Assembly (NCBI GenBank): GCA_035448805.1
Contig: DAOTJR010000012.1
Span: 1,906-65,905 of the forward strand
Direction of reading: 5' to 3'
DNA from: Syntrophales bacterium
Lineage (GTDB): Bacteria > Desulfobacterota > Syntrophia > Syntrophales > UBA8958
Length of the DNA: 64,000 nucleotides
Positions 8,675 through 19,237 of this stretch are shown here, one piece after another. The position numbers were made by a program, and so were the translations under genes. The notes beneath the pieces were generated by a model. That model had not been told where the DNA came from. It saw only the letters and a list, made by a program, of their open reading frames with translations, and ran no database searches. Every line of letters begins with the position of its first letter. Position 1 is the stretch's first letter.

Positions 8675-9991
8675 ATGATGGTAACGATTGAGGAAATAAA
8701 CCCGGTAAAGAAAAAGCTGTCCTTTGAGATTCCTTGGGAGGAGACCAAGAGAACCCTGGACGATACCTATCGAAAAATAGGTAAAACCGCCCGGGTGAAG
8801 GGGTTTCGCCAGGGAAAGATCCCCCGTCCCGTTTTGGAGAGATATTACCGGGAATATGCGGAGGAAGAAACGATGAACGCTCTTTTCAATCGTTTCTTCT
8901 GGGAGGCCCTGAAAGAACACGACCTCGCGCTGCTTTCCAGTCCGGAGGTGGATCAGCAGGGCATCGCCGCCAATAAGTCGTTCACCTTCAGCGCCACCGT
9001 GGAAGTGGAGCCTACTTTCGAACCCGCAGGGTATCTCGGCATGGAACTCGAAAAGGAAGAGGTAGCGGTGACCGAAAGCGATATCGAGGCCAGGCTTGCC
9101 CAGCTTCAGGAGATGTACAGTACCATGGAGGAAGCGACCGGCGCGGCGGAAGCCGCCCGGGGCCAATTTGTCGTGATCGATTTCCAGGGGCGCCTGGACG
9201 GAGAGCCGCTGAAGGAATTGAAGGCCGACGATTATCTTTTGGAAATCGGTTCCCGGAGCTTTATCCCCGGTTTCGAAGAGCAGCTTATGGGGATGAAGAA
9301 TGGGGAACAGAAGGAATTCACTTTAACATTCCCTGCCGATTATCATCATCGCGCGGTTGCGGGCAAGGAGGTCCTGTTTGCCGTTACCGTCAAGGGTATC
9401 AAAGAGAAAAAGCTTCCCGAGCTGAATGAGGATTTCGTCAAGAATTTCGAGCAATACAACAGCATGGAAGAGCTTCGGGCCGAATTGGTCAAGGAGATCG
9501 AAAGACAGAAAGAGGCCCAGTCCGAAGCGGAAATGAAGTCCGCGATCATGAACCGTCTTCTGGAGATGAATCCCTTTCCGGCGCCGGCATCCCTGGTCGA
9601 AAGCCAGATCCGTTCCATGTTGAGCGAAACAAGCTGGCGCATGGCGATGCAAGGCGTCAATCCCGACCAGGCCGCAAAATTGATTCCCCGGTATCGTGAC
9701 CGGTATAAAGAAGACGCGGATCGCTTTGTCCGCGGCCTCCTTATCTTGAAAAAAATCGCCGCCAAGGAGAATATCACCGTCGCCGCGGAGGAAATAGAAG
9801 ACCGGATCAGAGAGATGGCCGCCCGGCAAGGGCAAAGTTATGAGGCCTATCGTCAGACCATGGAAAAAGAAGGCATCATCGGTGAGATCGAGATAGAACT
9901 GAGAAACAAGAAGGTCATGGATCTGATCGAGGCGCACGCGGTTGTCCGGCCCCGGAAAAGGGAAACGGCGGCCGGCGGGGAGGTTATGTAA
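8675..9991 (+). CDS. tig: Trigger factor
   Basis: VKGFRQGKIP ribosome-binding motif, FKBP-like FIPGFEEQLMGM domain; precedes clpP-clpX. Confidence 0.97.
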   Translation: MMVTIEEINPVKKKLSFEIPWEETKRTLDDTYRKIGKTARVKGFRQGKIPRPVLERYYREYAEEETMNALFNRFFWEALKEHDLALLSSPEVDQQGIAANKSFTFSATVEVEPTFEPAGYLGMELEKEEVAVTESDIEARLAQLQEMYSTMEEATGAAEAARGQFVVIDFQGRLDGEPLKELKADDYLLEIGSRSFIPGFEEQLMGMKNGEQKEFTLTFPADYHHRAVAGKEVLFAVTVKGIKEKKLPELNEDFVKNFEQYNSMEELRAELVKEIERQKEAQSEAEMKSAIMNRLLEMNPFPAPASLVESQIRSMLSETSWRMAMQGVNPDQAAKLIPRYRDRYKEDADRFVRGLLILKKIAAKENITVAAEEIEDRIREMAARQGQSYEAYRQTMEKEGIIGEIEIELRNKKVMDLIEAHAVVRPRKRETAAGGEVM

Positions 9992-10573
9992 ATGCCTTTG
10001 ATCCCTATGGTTGTGGAGCAGGACGGCCGCGGTGAGCGGGCTTTCGACATTTACTCCCGTCTGTTGAAGGATCGGATCGTGTTTTTGGGTACGGCCATCG
10101 ACGACACCGTCGCCAACCTGATCATCGCCCAGATGCTCTATCTGGAATCGGAAGATCCCGACAAGGAGATCTTTTTCTATCTCAATACCCCCGGCGGCCA
10201 TGTCAGCTCCGGACTGGCGATTTACGATACCATGAACTATATAAAGCCGCCGGTGTGCACCTTCTGCATGGGACAGGCGGCGAGTATGGGCGCGCTGCTG
10301 CTGGCGGCGGGCGCCAAAGGAAAAAGGTTCGCCCTGCCCCACGCCCGGATTCTCATCCATCAGCCCCTGGGGGGATTTCAAGGACAAGCCACGGATATCG
10401 ATATTCAGGCCCGGGAGATCCTGCGGCTGAAAGACGAATTGAACCGGATCATGGCCGCCCTGACCAATCAACCCCTGGCCAAGATACAGGCCGATACGGA
10501 GCGGGATTATTTCATGAGCGGTCAACAAGCCCGGGAATACGGCATTATCGATCTCATTATCGAGAAGCGGTAA
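9992..10573 (+). CDS. clpP: ATP-dependent Clp protease proteolytic subunit
   Basis: [38 protein letters not shown]. Confidence 0.99.
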   Translation: MPLIPMVVEQDGRGERAFDIYSRLLKDRIVFLGTAIDDTVANLIIAQMLYLESEDPDKEIFFYLNTPGGHVSSGLAIYDTMNYIKPPVCTFCMGQAASMGALLLAAGAKGKRFALPHARILIHQPLGGFQGQATDIDIQAREILRLKDELNRIMAALTNQPLAKIQADTERDYFMSGQQAREYGIIDLIIEKR

Positions 10574-10602
10574 TGACGGCATAGGGAATGAGGTTAAGAT
10601 AA

Positions 10603-11874
10603 ATGGTCAGAAAAGGAAGAGAAACCGCAGGCGGCGGGCCGGGGATTCTGTACTGTTCTTTCTGCGGCAAGAACCAGAACGAAGTGCGGAAACTTGTGGC
10701 CGGACCGACGGCGTATATATGCGACGAATGTATCGAGCTGTGCCGGTGCATCGTCCAGGAAGACAGTGAAGCACCGCCGGCCCTGGACAAGAACAAGAAC
10801 AAGGGCATGCCCAAGCCAAAAGATATCAAAAAATTTCTGGATTCGTACGTGATTGGGCAGGAACGGACCAAGAAAATCCTTTCCGTCGCCGTGTACAATC
10901 ATTACAAGCGCCTTTTCCGGCCGGCGGACATCGAGGGGGTGGAGATTCAGAAGAGCAACGTCCTGCTCATCGGTCCCACCGGTTCGGGGAAAACGCTCCT
11001 GGCCAAAACCTTGGCCAAAATGTTGAATGTCCCCTTTGCGATCGCCGATGCCACCACCCTCACCGAGGCCGGCTATGTGGGGGAAGATGTGGAAAACATC
11101 ATCCTGTCGCTCCTGCAGAATGCCGATTACGACGTGGAAAAGGCATCCAAGGGAATTGTATACATCGACGAGATCGACAAGATCGCCCGTAAATCCGGTA
11201 ATCCCTCCATAACCCGGGATGTTTCCGGCGAGGGGGTGCAGCAGGCCCTTTTGAAGATCATCGAGGGCACGATGGCCAACATCCCCCCCAAAGGGGGGCG
11301 TAAGCATCCGCAGCAGGAATTCATCCAGGTCGATACGACCAACATCCTGTTTATCTGCGGCGGGGCTTTCAATATCCTCGAGGACATCATCGCGAAACGC
11401 GTGGGCTTCAGCAATATGGGTTTTGGGGCCGAGATCAGGAGCAAGCAGGACCGCAAGGTGGGAGAACTGCTTGCGGAGGTGCAGCCGGAAGATCTCTTGA
11501 AGTTCGGTCTGATTCCCGAGTTTATCGGCCGCCTGCCCGTGATCGCCACCCTGAATGAACTCGATGAAGACGATATGGTCCGGATCCTCCAGGAACCGCG
11601 GGATTCGATCATCAAGCAGTACAAACAACTTTTCGAGTTTGAAAACGTGAAATTGAAATTCACCGACGGCGCTTTGCGGGCGGTGGCGAAACTGGCCATC
11701 GCCAGGAAGACCGGGGCGAGAGGCCTGCGTTCGATCCTGGAGAATACCATGCTGGAGATAATGTATGAATTACCCTCCCGCCGGGATATGCGGGAATGCA
11801 TCATCAGTGAAGATGTCGTCATGAATCGGGAAAATCCGATTCTCATCTTTGAATCGGCATCGGAATCCGCCTGA
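10603..11874 (+). CDS. clpX: ATP-dependent Clp protease ATP-binding subunit
   Basis: CSFCGK...ICDECIELC zinc finger, [33 protein letters not shown]-like MGFGAE loop. Confidence 0.99.
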   Translation: MVRKGRETAGGGPGILYCSFCGKNQNEVRKLVAGPTAYICDECIELCRCIVQEDSEAPPALDKNKNKGMPKPKDIKKFLDSYVIGQERTKKILSVAVYNHYKRLFRPADIEGVEIQKSNVLLIGPTGSGKTLLAKTLAKMLNVPFAIADATTLTEAGYVGEDVENIILSLLQNADYDVEKASKGIVYIDEIDKIARKSGNPSITRDVSGEGVQQALLKIIEGTMANIPPKGGRKHPQQEFIQVDTTNILFICGGAFNILEDIIAKRVGFSNMGFGAEIRSKQDRKVGELLAEVQPEDLLKFGLIPEFIGRLPVIATLNELDEDDMVRILQEPRDSIIKQYKQLFEFENVKLKFTDGALRAVAKLAIARKTGARGLRSILENTMLEIMYELPSRRDMRECIISEDVVMNRENPILIFESASESA

Positions 11875-11905
11875 ATGACGGACATAAAGGATAACATTAT
11901 ATTAT

Positions 11906-14350
11906 ATGCCTGAATACTTGAAATATAAGGGAATAAACAAAAGAACGGACATGCCGCTTTTACCACTGCGGGATGTGGTGGTCTTTCCGCACATGATCGT
12001 GCCTCTTTTTGTCGGCCGGGAAAAATCCATCGCCGCCCTCGAAGCGGCGATGAAGTATGAAAAGAGCATCTTCATGGTCGCCCAAAAGAATGCCCAGAAA
12101 GACGAACCCGCGGCAGGAGACATCTACACGGTCGGGACGATCGGGATCATCATCCAGTTGCTCCGTCTTCCCGACGGTACCGTCAAGGTCCTGGTGGAGG
12201 GAAAGAAAAGAGGCGTTATCAAGGAGTACAAAGCTTCGGAAGAGTACTTTGCCGTGGAAGTGGAGGAGTGCGATGAGGAGGAAGACGAGGAGGTAGACCG
12301 GGTCAAGGCCACCGCGCTCATGCGGAGTCTTAACGAATCCTTCGGGACTTACGTAAAGCTCAGCAAGAAAGTCCATGTGGAAATGATCAATACCGTTTCC
12401 TCCATCGAGAGTCCTTCCAAACTCGCGGATGTGATCGTGTCGCATATCAGTGTCAAACTCGAGGAAAAACAAAGGATTCTGGAGATATTGAGCGTTTCTG
12501 AACGGCTGGAAGCCGTCTATGAACTCCTGTTGGGGGAGATCGAAATCCTGCAGGTGGAGGAAAAGATCAAGCGGCGCGTAAAGAAACAGATGGAGAAGAC
12601 CCAGAAGGATTACTATCTCAACGAGCAGATGCGGGCCATCCAGAAGGAGATGGGGGAGAAAGACGACTTCAAGAGCGAGATCGCCGAGTTGGAGAAACGT
12701 CTTAAAGCGAAAAAAATGCCCGAGGAGGCCCACAAGAAGGTCAAGGCGGAAATAAAGAAGATGCAGATGATGGCCCCTATGTCCGCCGAGGCCACGGTGG
12801 TGAGAAACTATATCGACTGGCTCCTTGATCTCCCCTGGTATGAAAAGACCGAGAATAAATTTACCCTCAAAGAGTCGGAGGCGATCCTGGAAGAGGATCA
12901 CTTCGGCTTGAAACAGGTGAAGGAAAGAATAATCGAATATCTGGCGGTACAAAGCCTCATCAAGAAGAACAAGGGATCGATTCTCTGTCTCGTCGGCCCC
13001 CCGGGGGTGGGAAAGACCTCGGTGGCGAAGTCGGTAGCCCGGGCCACAAATCGGAAATTTGTCCGCTTTTCCCTGGGCGGGGTCCGGGACGAGGCGGAGA
13101 TTCGCGGCCACCGCCGTACCTATATCGGCGCCTTGCCGGGGAAAATTATCCAGTTGATGAAAAAGGCCGGAACCAGCAACCCGGTCCTCTGCCTCGATGA
13201 GGTGGACAAGCTGAGTTCCGATTTCCGCGGCGATCCGTCCTCGGCCCTTCTGGAGGTTCTGGATCCGGAACAGAACAATGCCTTCAATGACAATTACCTG
13301 GAAGTGGATTACGATCTTTCGGACGTCATGTTCATAACCACCGCCAATGTTCTCCAGACGATCCCGGCGCCGTTGCAGGACCGGATGGAGGTGATCCGGA
13401 TTGCCGGTTATACGGAACCGGAAAAACTCAATATCGCCAGGCGGTTTCTGGTGGCGAAGGAGATGGCGGCCAATGGCCTCACGGAAAAGAATATCGACTT
13501 TTCCGACGGGGCGATCCTGACGATCATCAGGAAATACACCCGCGAGGCGGGGGTGAGGAATATGGAACGGGAGATTGCCTCCATCTGCCGGAAGGTGGCC
13601 CGGAAAATCGTTTCCGAGGGAATTCAGGAGCAGATTCGCATCACCTCGAAATCCGTGCCCAAATATCTCGGCGTTCCGAAATTCCGTCATGGTGAATCGG
13701 AAGGTAAGGCCCAGATCGGCCTCACCACCGGCTTGGCCTGGACCGAGGTCGGCGGCGAACTCCTCGTGATCGAAGCGACGATCATGAAGGGCACGGGTAA
13801 GATGGTGATGACGGGTAAGCTCGGGGACGTCATGCAGGAATCGGTGCAGGCGGCGATGACTTATGTGCGTTCCCGGGCCGATGAATTCGGGTTGCCCGAC
13901 AATTATTACAAGGAGACGGATGTCCATGTCCATGTGCCGGAAGGCGCCATTCCCAAGGATGGACCGTCGGCGGGCATCGCCATGGCTACCGCCATCGCCT
14001 CGGCGTACATGAAAAAGAAGGTGCGGGGTGATCTGGCCATGACGGGAGAAATAACCTTGCGGGGCAGGATCCTGCCCATTGGGGGAGTCAAAGAAAAGCT
14101 CCTGGCGGCGCACCGGGGGAACATGAAGCTGGTCATCATCCCCAAGGAAAACGAAAAAGACCTGGCCGAGGTGCCGGCGAACATAATAAAATCGCTGCAG
14201 ATAATCTTCGTGGAGCACATGGATGAGGTCCTGGCGGTGGCCTTTGCCGAAGAGGACGCCCCGCCGGCAAAGGAGATCGAAGCCGCCCCCGGTGAGGAAA
14301 CGTCGCCCCGGCCGTTCGTCGAAGCCGGTTGGGCGCCGGTGCCTGCATAA
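11906..14350 (+). CDS. lon: Lon (LonA) protease
   Basis: [49 protein letters not shown]. Confidence 0.99.
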   Translation: MPEYLKYKGINKRTDMPLLPLRDVVVFPHMIVPLFVGREKSIAALEAAMKYEKSIFMVAQKNAQKDEPAAGDIYTVGTIGIIIQLLRLPDGTVKVLVEGKKRGVIKEYKASEEYFAVEVEECDEEEDEEVDRVKATALMRSLNESFGTYVKLSKKVHVEMINTVSSIESPSKLADVIVSHISVKLEEKQRILEILSVSERLEAVYELLLGEIEILQVEEKIKRRVKKQMEKTQKDYYLNEQMRAIQKEMGEKDDFKSEIAELEKRLKAKKMPEEAHKKVKAEIKKMQMMAPMSAEATVVRNYIDWLLDLPWYEKTENKFTLKESEAILEEDHFGLKQVKERIIEYLAVQSLIKKNKGSILCLVGPPGVGKTSVAKSVARATNRKFVRFSLGGVRDEAEIRGHRRTYIGALPGKIIQLMKKAGTSNPVLCLDEVDKLSSDFRGDPSSALLEVLDPEQNNAFNDNYLEVDYDLSDVMFITTANVLQTIPAPLQDRMEVIRIAGYTEPEKLNIARRFLVAKEMAANGLTEKNIDFSDGAILTIIRKYTREAGVRNMEREIASICRKVARKIVSEGIQEQIRITSKSVPKYLGVPKFRHGESEGKAQIGLTTGLAWTEVGGELLVIEATIMKGTGKMVMTGKLGDVMQESVQAAMTYVRSRADEFGLPDNYYKETDVHVHVPEGAIPKDGPSAGIAMATAIASAYMKKKVRGDLAMTGEITLRGRILPIGGVKEKLLAAHRGNMKLVIIPKENEKDLAEVPANIIKSLQIIFVEHMDEVLAVAFAEEDAPPAKEIEAAPGEETSPRPFVEAGWAPVPA

Positions 14351-14425
14351 AATGGAGCTTTCTTTTTCCTTGACAACAATAACCAATATTGATAGCTTGC
14401 CAACCTTACTTGGGGCGACAGCAAG

Positions 14426-14501
14426 GGGCGGGTAGCTCAGCTGGGAGAGCGCCACGCTTACACCGTGGATGTCACAGGTTCGAGTCCTGTTCCGCCTACC
14501 A
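14426..14501 (+). tRNA. tRNA-Val (TAC)
   Basis: TAGCTCAGCTGGGAGAGC D-arm, CCACG-CTTACAC-CGTGG anticodon arm, GGTTCGAGTCC, CCA. Confidence 0.97.
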
Positions 14502-14596
14502 TATTGAAAATAACGGAAACCGCAGGCGGTAACTGTCAGGATAAAGCGGGACGGACGTGGTTTTCGGAGCCGTCGGAAGTCGCTATTGAAAAAAAC

Positions 14597-14673
14597 GGGG
14601 TCGTAGTTAAGTTGGTTATAACGCCGGCCTGTCACGCCGGAGGGCGAGGGTTCAAGTCCCTTCGGCCCCGCCA
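14597..14673 (+). tRNA. tRNA-Asp (GTC)
   Basis: GGGGTCG acceptor stem, CCGGC-CTGTCAC-GCCGG anticodon arm, GGTTCAAGTCC, CCA. Confidence 0.97.
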
Positions 14674-14681
14674 AATATGTC

Positions 14682-14713
14682 AGGGGTTGGCCAATGCGGT
14701 TAACCCCTTTTTC
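14682..14713 (+). terminator. Terminator after the tRNA-Val/tRNA-Asp pair
   Basis: AGGGGTTGGCC...GGTTAACCCCT stem followed by a T run. Confidence 0.65.
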
Positions 14714-14727
14714 ATACCTTAAGGAAA

Positions 14728-15600
14728 ATGAAGTACGAAGGGATAATCATCAGACCCCCGAGCGAGGCCTACAGCCTCCTTTTGCAGGTTACCGTGGGCT
14801 GTTCTCATAATCGCTGCACCTTTTGCCCCACCTACAAGGCCGTCAAATTCCGCATCAAATCACCGGAAGAGATAGACGAGGACATCCGGGAGGCGAGGCG
14901 CTACCCGCAAGTGGAAAGGGTTTTCCTCTGCGACGGGGACGCCCTGATCATCCCTCAGGACAGGCTGGTGGCGATCCTGAGCCGGCTGCGTGAGAATCTG
15001 CCGGGGTTGAAAAGGGTCGGGCTCTACGGTAACGCCAAGAGCATCCTCCGCAAGACCGGAGAGGAACTTGCGGCGCTGCGGGAACTGGGCCTGGGAATTG
15101 TTTATCTGGGTGTGGAAAGCGGCAATCGGGAGGTACTCCGGGACATCAAAAAGGGGGTGACTTACGAGCAGATGGTCGAAGCGGGGCGTCGGGTCAAGGA
15201 TGCCGGTTTGGACCTGTCGGTGACGGTCATCCTCGGGGTGGGGGGAAGGGAGCGCAGCGCCGCTCATGCCCTGGATACGGCCCGGATCCTTACGGAAATT
15301 GATCCCGATTACGTCGGCGCTCTCACCCTGATGCTCGTTCCGGGCACCCCCCTGTACGCTGAATATGTCGCCGGGAAATTCATCCTCCCCGACACCTTCG
15401 GGTTCCTCGACGAACTGGGTATCATGATCGCCAATTCCAGCTTCACCGACTGTTTCTTCACCTCCAATCACGCCTCCAACTATTTACCTATCCGCGCCCG
15501 TCTGCCCGAAGACAGGGAAAAGACCGTCGCCCTCATTCAAAAGGTGATCGGCAGCGCGAACCCCAACCTCCTGCGCCCGGAATATGCCCGGGCCCTGTGA
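14728..15600 (+). CDS. Radical SAM protein of unknown function (no B12-binding domain)
   Basis: CSHNRCTFC (CxxxCxxC), FLCDGD, YLGVESG, SNHASNY. Confidence 0.9.
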   Translation: MKYEGIIIRPPSEAYSLLLQVTVGCSHNRCTFCPTYKAVKFRIKSPEEIDEDIREARRYPQVERVFLCDGDALIIPQDRLVAILSRLRENLPGLKRVGLYGNAKSILRKTGEELAALRELGLGIVYLGVESGNREVLRDIKKGVTYEQMVEAGRRVKDAGLDLSVTVILGVGGRERSAAHALDTARILTEIDPDYVGALTLMLVPGTPLYAEYVAGKFILPDTFGFLDELGIMIANSSFTDCFFTSNHASNYLPIRARLPEDREKTVALIQKVIGSANPNLLRPEYARAL

Positions 15601-15615
15601 AGTCCCGAAACGATT

Positions 15616-16464
15616 ATGGCGATGAAACTTATCTCCCTGATAAAAAAGATATTCCAGGAGCGCGACGCCGCCCGTCTGGAGGAAGAGATTCAGGCCATCG
15701 TCGATGCCGGGGAGGAGGAAGGCCTGATCGATCCCCAATCCGGGGAGATGATCCAGAGTATTCTGGAATTCAAGGACACGGTTGTCCGGGAAGTGATGAT
15801 TCCCCGGACGGAGATCGTGGCCGTCAGCGCCGGGGCGACCATCGAGGAAATCGTGCAGATCATTTCCACCTATGGACATACCCGCATGCCCGTTTACCGC
15901 GGGGATATCGACCACATCATCGGGGTGATAAACGTCAAGGATCTCTTGAAATTCTGGTCACGGGAGTTGACGGAGAAGGACTTGCTTTCCATCTTGCGGA
16001 AACCATATTACATACCGGAAACAAAGAACATCAGCCAACTGCTTCATGAATTGAAAGAAAAGAAGTATCATCTGGCCATCGTCATCGACGAATACGGAGG
16101 AACGGCCGGACTGGTGACGCTGGAGGATTTGATGGAAGAGATCATCGGGGAGATCCATGACGAACATGACATCCAGGAGCCGGGAATCGTCGCGGAGCCG
16201 GACGGTTATATCCTGGTGGACGGTCGGGTGGAAATCGAAGAACTCGAGGAATACTTCGGGGTGACTTTCGACGAGGGGAAGTACGAGACCCTGGGAGGTT
16301 TGATTCTCAACGCCATAAAAAGGATCCCCGCCACCGGAGAGACAATATACATTGACAATCTGGAGATGTTCATTGTCGCGGCCGACGAGCGCAAGATAAA
16401 GAAGGTGCGGATCCGGAAAATCGAAGCCGAAGCAGATGATGAAAAGGAAAATCCCGAAGCCTGA
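15616..16464 (+). CDS. corC: CorC/HlyC-family CBS-domain protein
   Basis: VREVMIPR, HTRMPVY, AIVIDEYGGTAGLVTLEDLMEEIIGEI, CorC_HlyC C-terminal domain; upstream of lnt. Confidence 0.9.
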   Translation: MAMKLISLIKKIFQERDAARLEEEIQAIVDAGEEEGLIDPQSGEMIQSILEFKDTVVREVMIPRTEIVAVSAGATIEEIVQIISTYGHTRMPVYRGDIDHIIGVINVKDLLKFWSRELTEKDLLSILRKPYYIPETKNISQLLHELKEKKYHLAIVIDEYGGTAGLVTLEDLMEEIIGEIHDEHDIQEPGIVAEPDGYILVDGRVEIEELEEYFGVTFDEGKYETLGGLILNAIKRIPATGETIYIDNLEMFIVAADERKIKKVRIRKIEAEADDEKENPEA

Positions 16465-18028
16465 GGGACCCGGGGCGAGACTGCTCGATCCGCGTGCCTA
16501 CATGCTGGCTTTGGGATCGGGTTTGCTCCTGATCCTCTCCTTTCCGAAGTTCGGTGTGGGCCTGACGGCCTGGATAAGCCTCCTGCCCCTTCTTTATGCC
16601 CTCCGGGGAAAGAACTCCCTTCAGGGGTTGCTTCTGGGGGTCACCGCGGGTTTTACAGCCCATATCGGCATAATGTACTGGATAACCTGCGTCGTGGTCG
16701 AATACGGTTACCTGCCCTATCCGGTGGGTATCGCCGCCATGCTCCTGCTTTCCTTATATTTGAGCGTATATACGGGACTTTTTGCCGCCCTGCTGGTCTT
16801 TTCCCGGCGTCGGGGACTGCCCTTCTGGGTCGCCGCGCCGGTGCTCTGGGTGGTCCTGGAGTATGGGAAATCACAACTTTTGACCGGATTTCCCTGGGAG
16901 AATCTCGGCTATTCCCAGTATCTCTATCTGCCGGTCATTCAAATAGCCGATGTCGCCGGCGTCTATGGGGTGTCGTTTCTTATCGTTTTTGTCAATGCGA
17001 TCCTGTACGAGCTCTTTTTTGTCGCGACCGAGAAGAGGAGCAAGGCGGCAAGGATCATTGCCGTCCTGGCGGTTCCGGCACTCGTGTGTACTTATGGGGT
17101 CTTCCGTCTTCAGGAGCTGGAAGCGGCGGTGAAGACGGCGCCGTCACTGACGGCGAGAATCGCGCAGGGAAACATCGATCAGAGCGTCAAATGGGACCCC
17201 CGTTACCAACGGGAGACCATTGCCGCCTATGCAGACCTTTCGGCGCCGGCGCCGGCGGCGGGTTCCGACAGACCGGAACTGATTGTCTGGCCGGAAACGG
17301 CCTTCCCGTCTTTCTTTCAGGATATCAACGATCTGCACCGGGATGTGGCGGGATTGGCGAGAAGCGCCGCCTCCTGGCTTCTGTTCGGCAGTCCCGCCTA
17401 TACCTATCGGGGGGGGGAGCTGGTGCTCTTCAACAGTGCCTTCCTGCTGGCTCCGGACGGCACGATAGCGGGGCGTTACGACAAGGTGCATCTCGTTCCC
17501 TATGGAGAATATGTGCCCTGGCGGCGGTTTTTCCCCTTTATCAACAAACTTGTGGCCGGCATCGGCGATTTCGGGGTCGGTCCGGGCTATCATCCCTTGT
17601 CGCTGTCGGACCGGCGGCTGGGGGTGCTGATCTGTTATGAAGGGATATTTCCCGAGGCGGCGCGCGACTATAAACGCGGCGGCGCCGAATTCCTCATCAA
17701 TATCACCAACGACGCCTGGTTCGGAAGGACGTCCGCCCCTTACCAGCACTTGTCGATGACGGTATTCCGGGCGGTGGAGAATCGTCTCGATGTGATTAGA
17801 GCTGCAAACACCGGTATCAGCGCCCTTATCGACGCCACCGGCAGGATCGGCGAACGGAAGGAATTGTTCCAGAGGGGCCGGCTCGACGTCAAGATTCATT
17901 TCTACGGTCGGGATACATTTTACGCCACCCACGGAGATCTTTTGGTCTATTTGTCGTTTACCGCCATAATAATTTATTTATTGACCATTAACATCAGGAG
18001 GTTTGGACATGTTGGAAGGAATCGATGA
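16436..18028 (+). CDS. lnt: Apolipoprotein N-acyltransferase
   Basis: Multiple TM segments, TGFPW, QGNIDQ, IVWPETA, YDKVHLVPYGEY, ICYE, NITNDAWFG, RAANTGIS. Confidence 0.97.
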   Translation: MMKRKIPKPEGPGARLLDPRAYMLALGSGLLLILSFPKFGVGLTAWISLLPLLYALRGKNSLQGLLLGVTAGFTAHIGIMYWITCVVVEYGYLPYPVGIAAMLLLSLYLSVYTGLFAALLVFSRRRGLPFWVAAPVLWVVLEYGKSQLLTGFPWENLGYSQYLYLPVIQIADVAGVYGVSFLIVFVNAILYELFFVATEKRSKAARIIAVLAVPALVCTYGVFRLQELEAAVKTAPSLTARIAQGNIDQSVKWDPRYQRETIAAYADLSAPAPAAGSDRPELIVWPETAFPSFFQDINDLHRDVAGLARSAASWLLFGSPAYTYRGGELVLFNSAFLLAPDGTIAGRYDKVHLVPYGEYVPWRRFFPFINKLVAGIGDFGVGPGYHPLSLSDRRLGVLICYEGIFPEAARDYKRGGAEFLINITNDAWFGRTSAPYQHLSMTVFRAVENRLDVIRAANTGISALIDATGRIGERKELFQRGRLDVKIHFYGRDTFYATHGDLLVYLSFTAIIIYLLTINIRRFGHVGRNR

Positions 18029-19101
18029 AAGGATAGCGGATTTGAAGACCAGAATCGCCCACCTCGGGGAATGTCTTTGACGTCGCCGCCAAGGAAAACG
18101 AAATCCGGGAGCTGGAAAAGACCGCCGCTCGGGAGGATTTCTGGAATGACCAGGAAACGGCCTCGAAAGTTTTGCGCCGGCAGACCAAACTGAAGGAGAC
18201 GGTGGAACACTGGCGCGCCCAGCAGCGGCAATATGAAGAATTGGCCATGCTTTATGAAATGGCGGTGGAGGAGAACGAGGACGCGGCCCTCCAGGATGTG
18301 GGTCGTGACCTCCAGAAGTTGGAAAAGATCGTTCGTGAAGAGGAACTGCGGCTGATGCTCGGAGCCCCCGAGGATCGCCTGCATGCCATCATGTCCCTCC
18401 ATGCCGGCGCCGGCGGCACCGAAGCCCAGGACTGGGCCGAGATGCTCCTGCGGATGTATTTACGCTGGGCGGAGCGTAAGGGCTACAAAGCCACCATCAT
18501 CGATTATCTGCCCGGTGATGAGGCGGGCGTCAAAAGCGTATCCCTGGCGATCGAAGGGGAATACGCCTATGGTTACGCCAAGGCGGAAGTGGGCATTCAC
18601 CGTCTGGTACGCATTTCCCCGTTCGACGCCGGCGCCCGGAGACACACTTCCTTTGTATCCGTGTTCGTCTACCCGGAGGTCGATGACGACATCGTCATCG
18701 AGATCGACGAGAAGGATCTCCGGATCGATACCTACCGTTCTTCCGGGGCGGGGGGCCAGCATGTCAACAAGACGGATTCCGCGGTGCGGATCACCCACCT
18801 GCCTACCGGTATCGTCGTCCAGTGCCAGAATGAAAGATCACAGCACAAAAATAAATCGATGGCGATGAAGTACCTGAAATCGAGACTTTATGAGATAAAG
18901 CTCCAGGAGCAGAACGACAAACTAAGCGAGGTGGAAAAAACAAAGAAGGGGATTGCCTGGGGCAGTCAGATCCGTTCCTATGTCCTCCACCCGTACAAGA
19001 TGGTCAAAGATCACCGGACAAACCTGGAGGTCGGCAATGTGACCCGCGTCCTGGACGGAGATATCGATGATTTCATCGAAGCCTATCTGCTGGCGAATTG
19101 A
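18009..19101 (+). CDS. prfB: Peptide chain release factor 2, with programmed +1 frameshift
   Basis: ATG 18009; GGGGAA TGT CTT TGA C at 18066-18081; SPF (RISPFD) and GGQ (GAGGQHVN) motifs in the +1 frame. Confidence 0.97.
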
Positions 19102-19237
19102 CGCCCGGCCAAAAGCGGCGTTCTCGCAGGCAAAATAGGCCCGGTGACAACAGCGGCGGCGAACAAATATTTCGTCCGGGTGTTTTTTATGTTATAGGGT
19201 ACCGTCAACCGGACGGATCTGGAAAGGAGTAGAGAAC

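Noticed and set aside
8523-14673. tRNA genes as possible integration sites (also tRNA-Met at 25320)
   Set aside because: No duplicated tRNA 3' ends, integrase or foreign cargo nearby; flanks are conserved housekeeping context
18009-18171. Apparent truncation or pseudogenisation of prfB
   Set aside because: Explained by the programmed +1 frameshift
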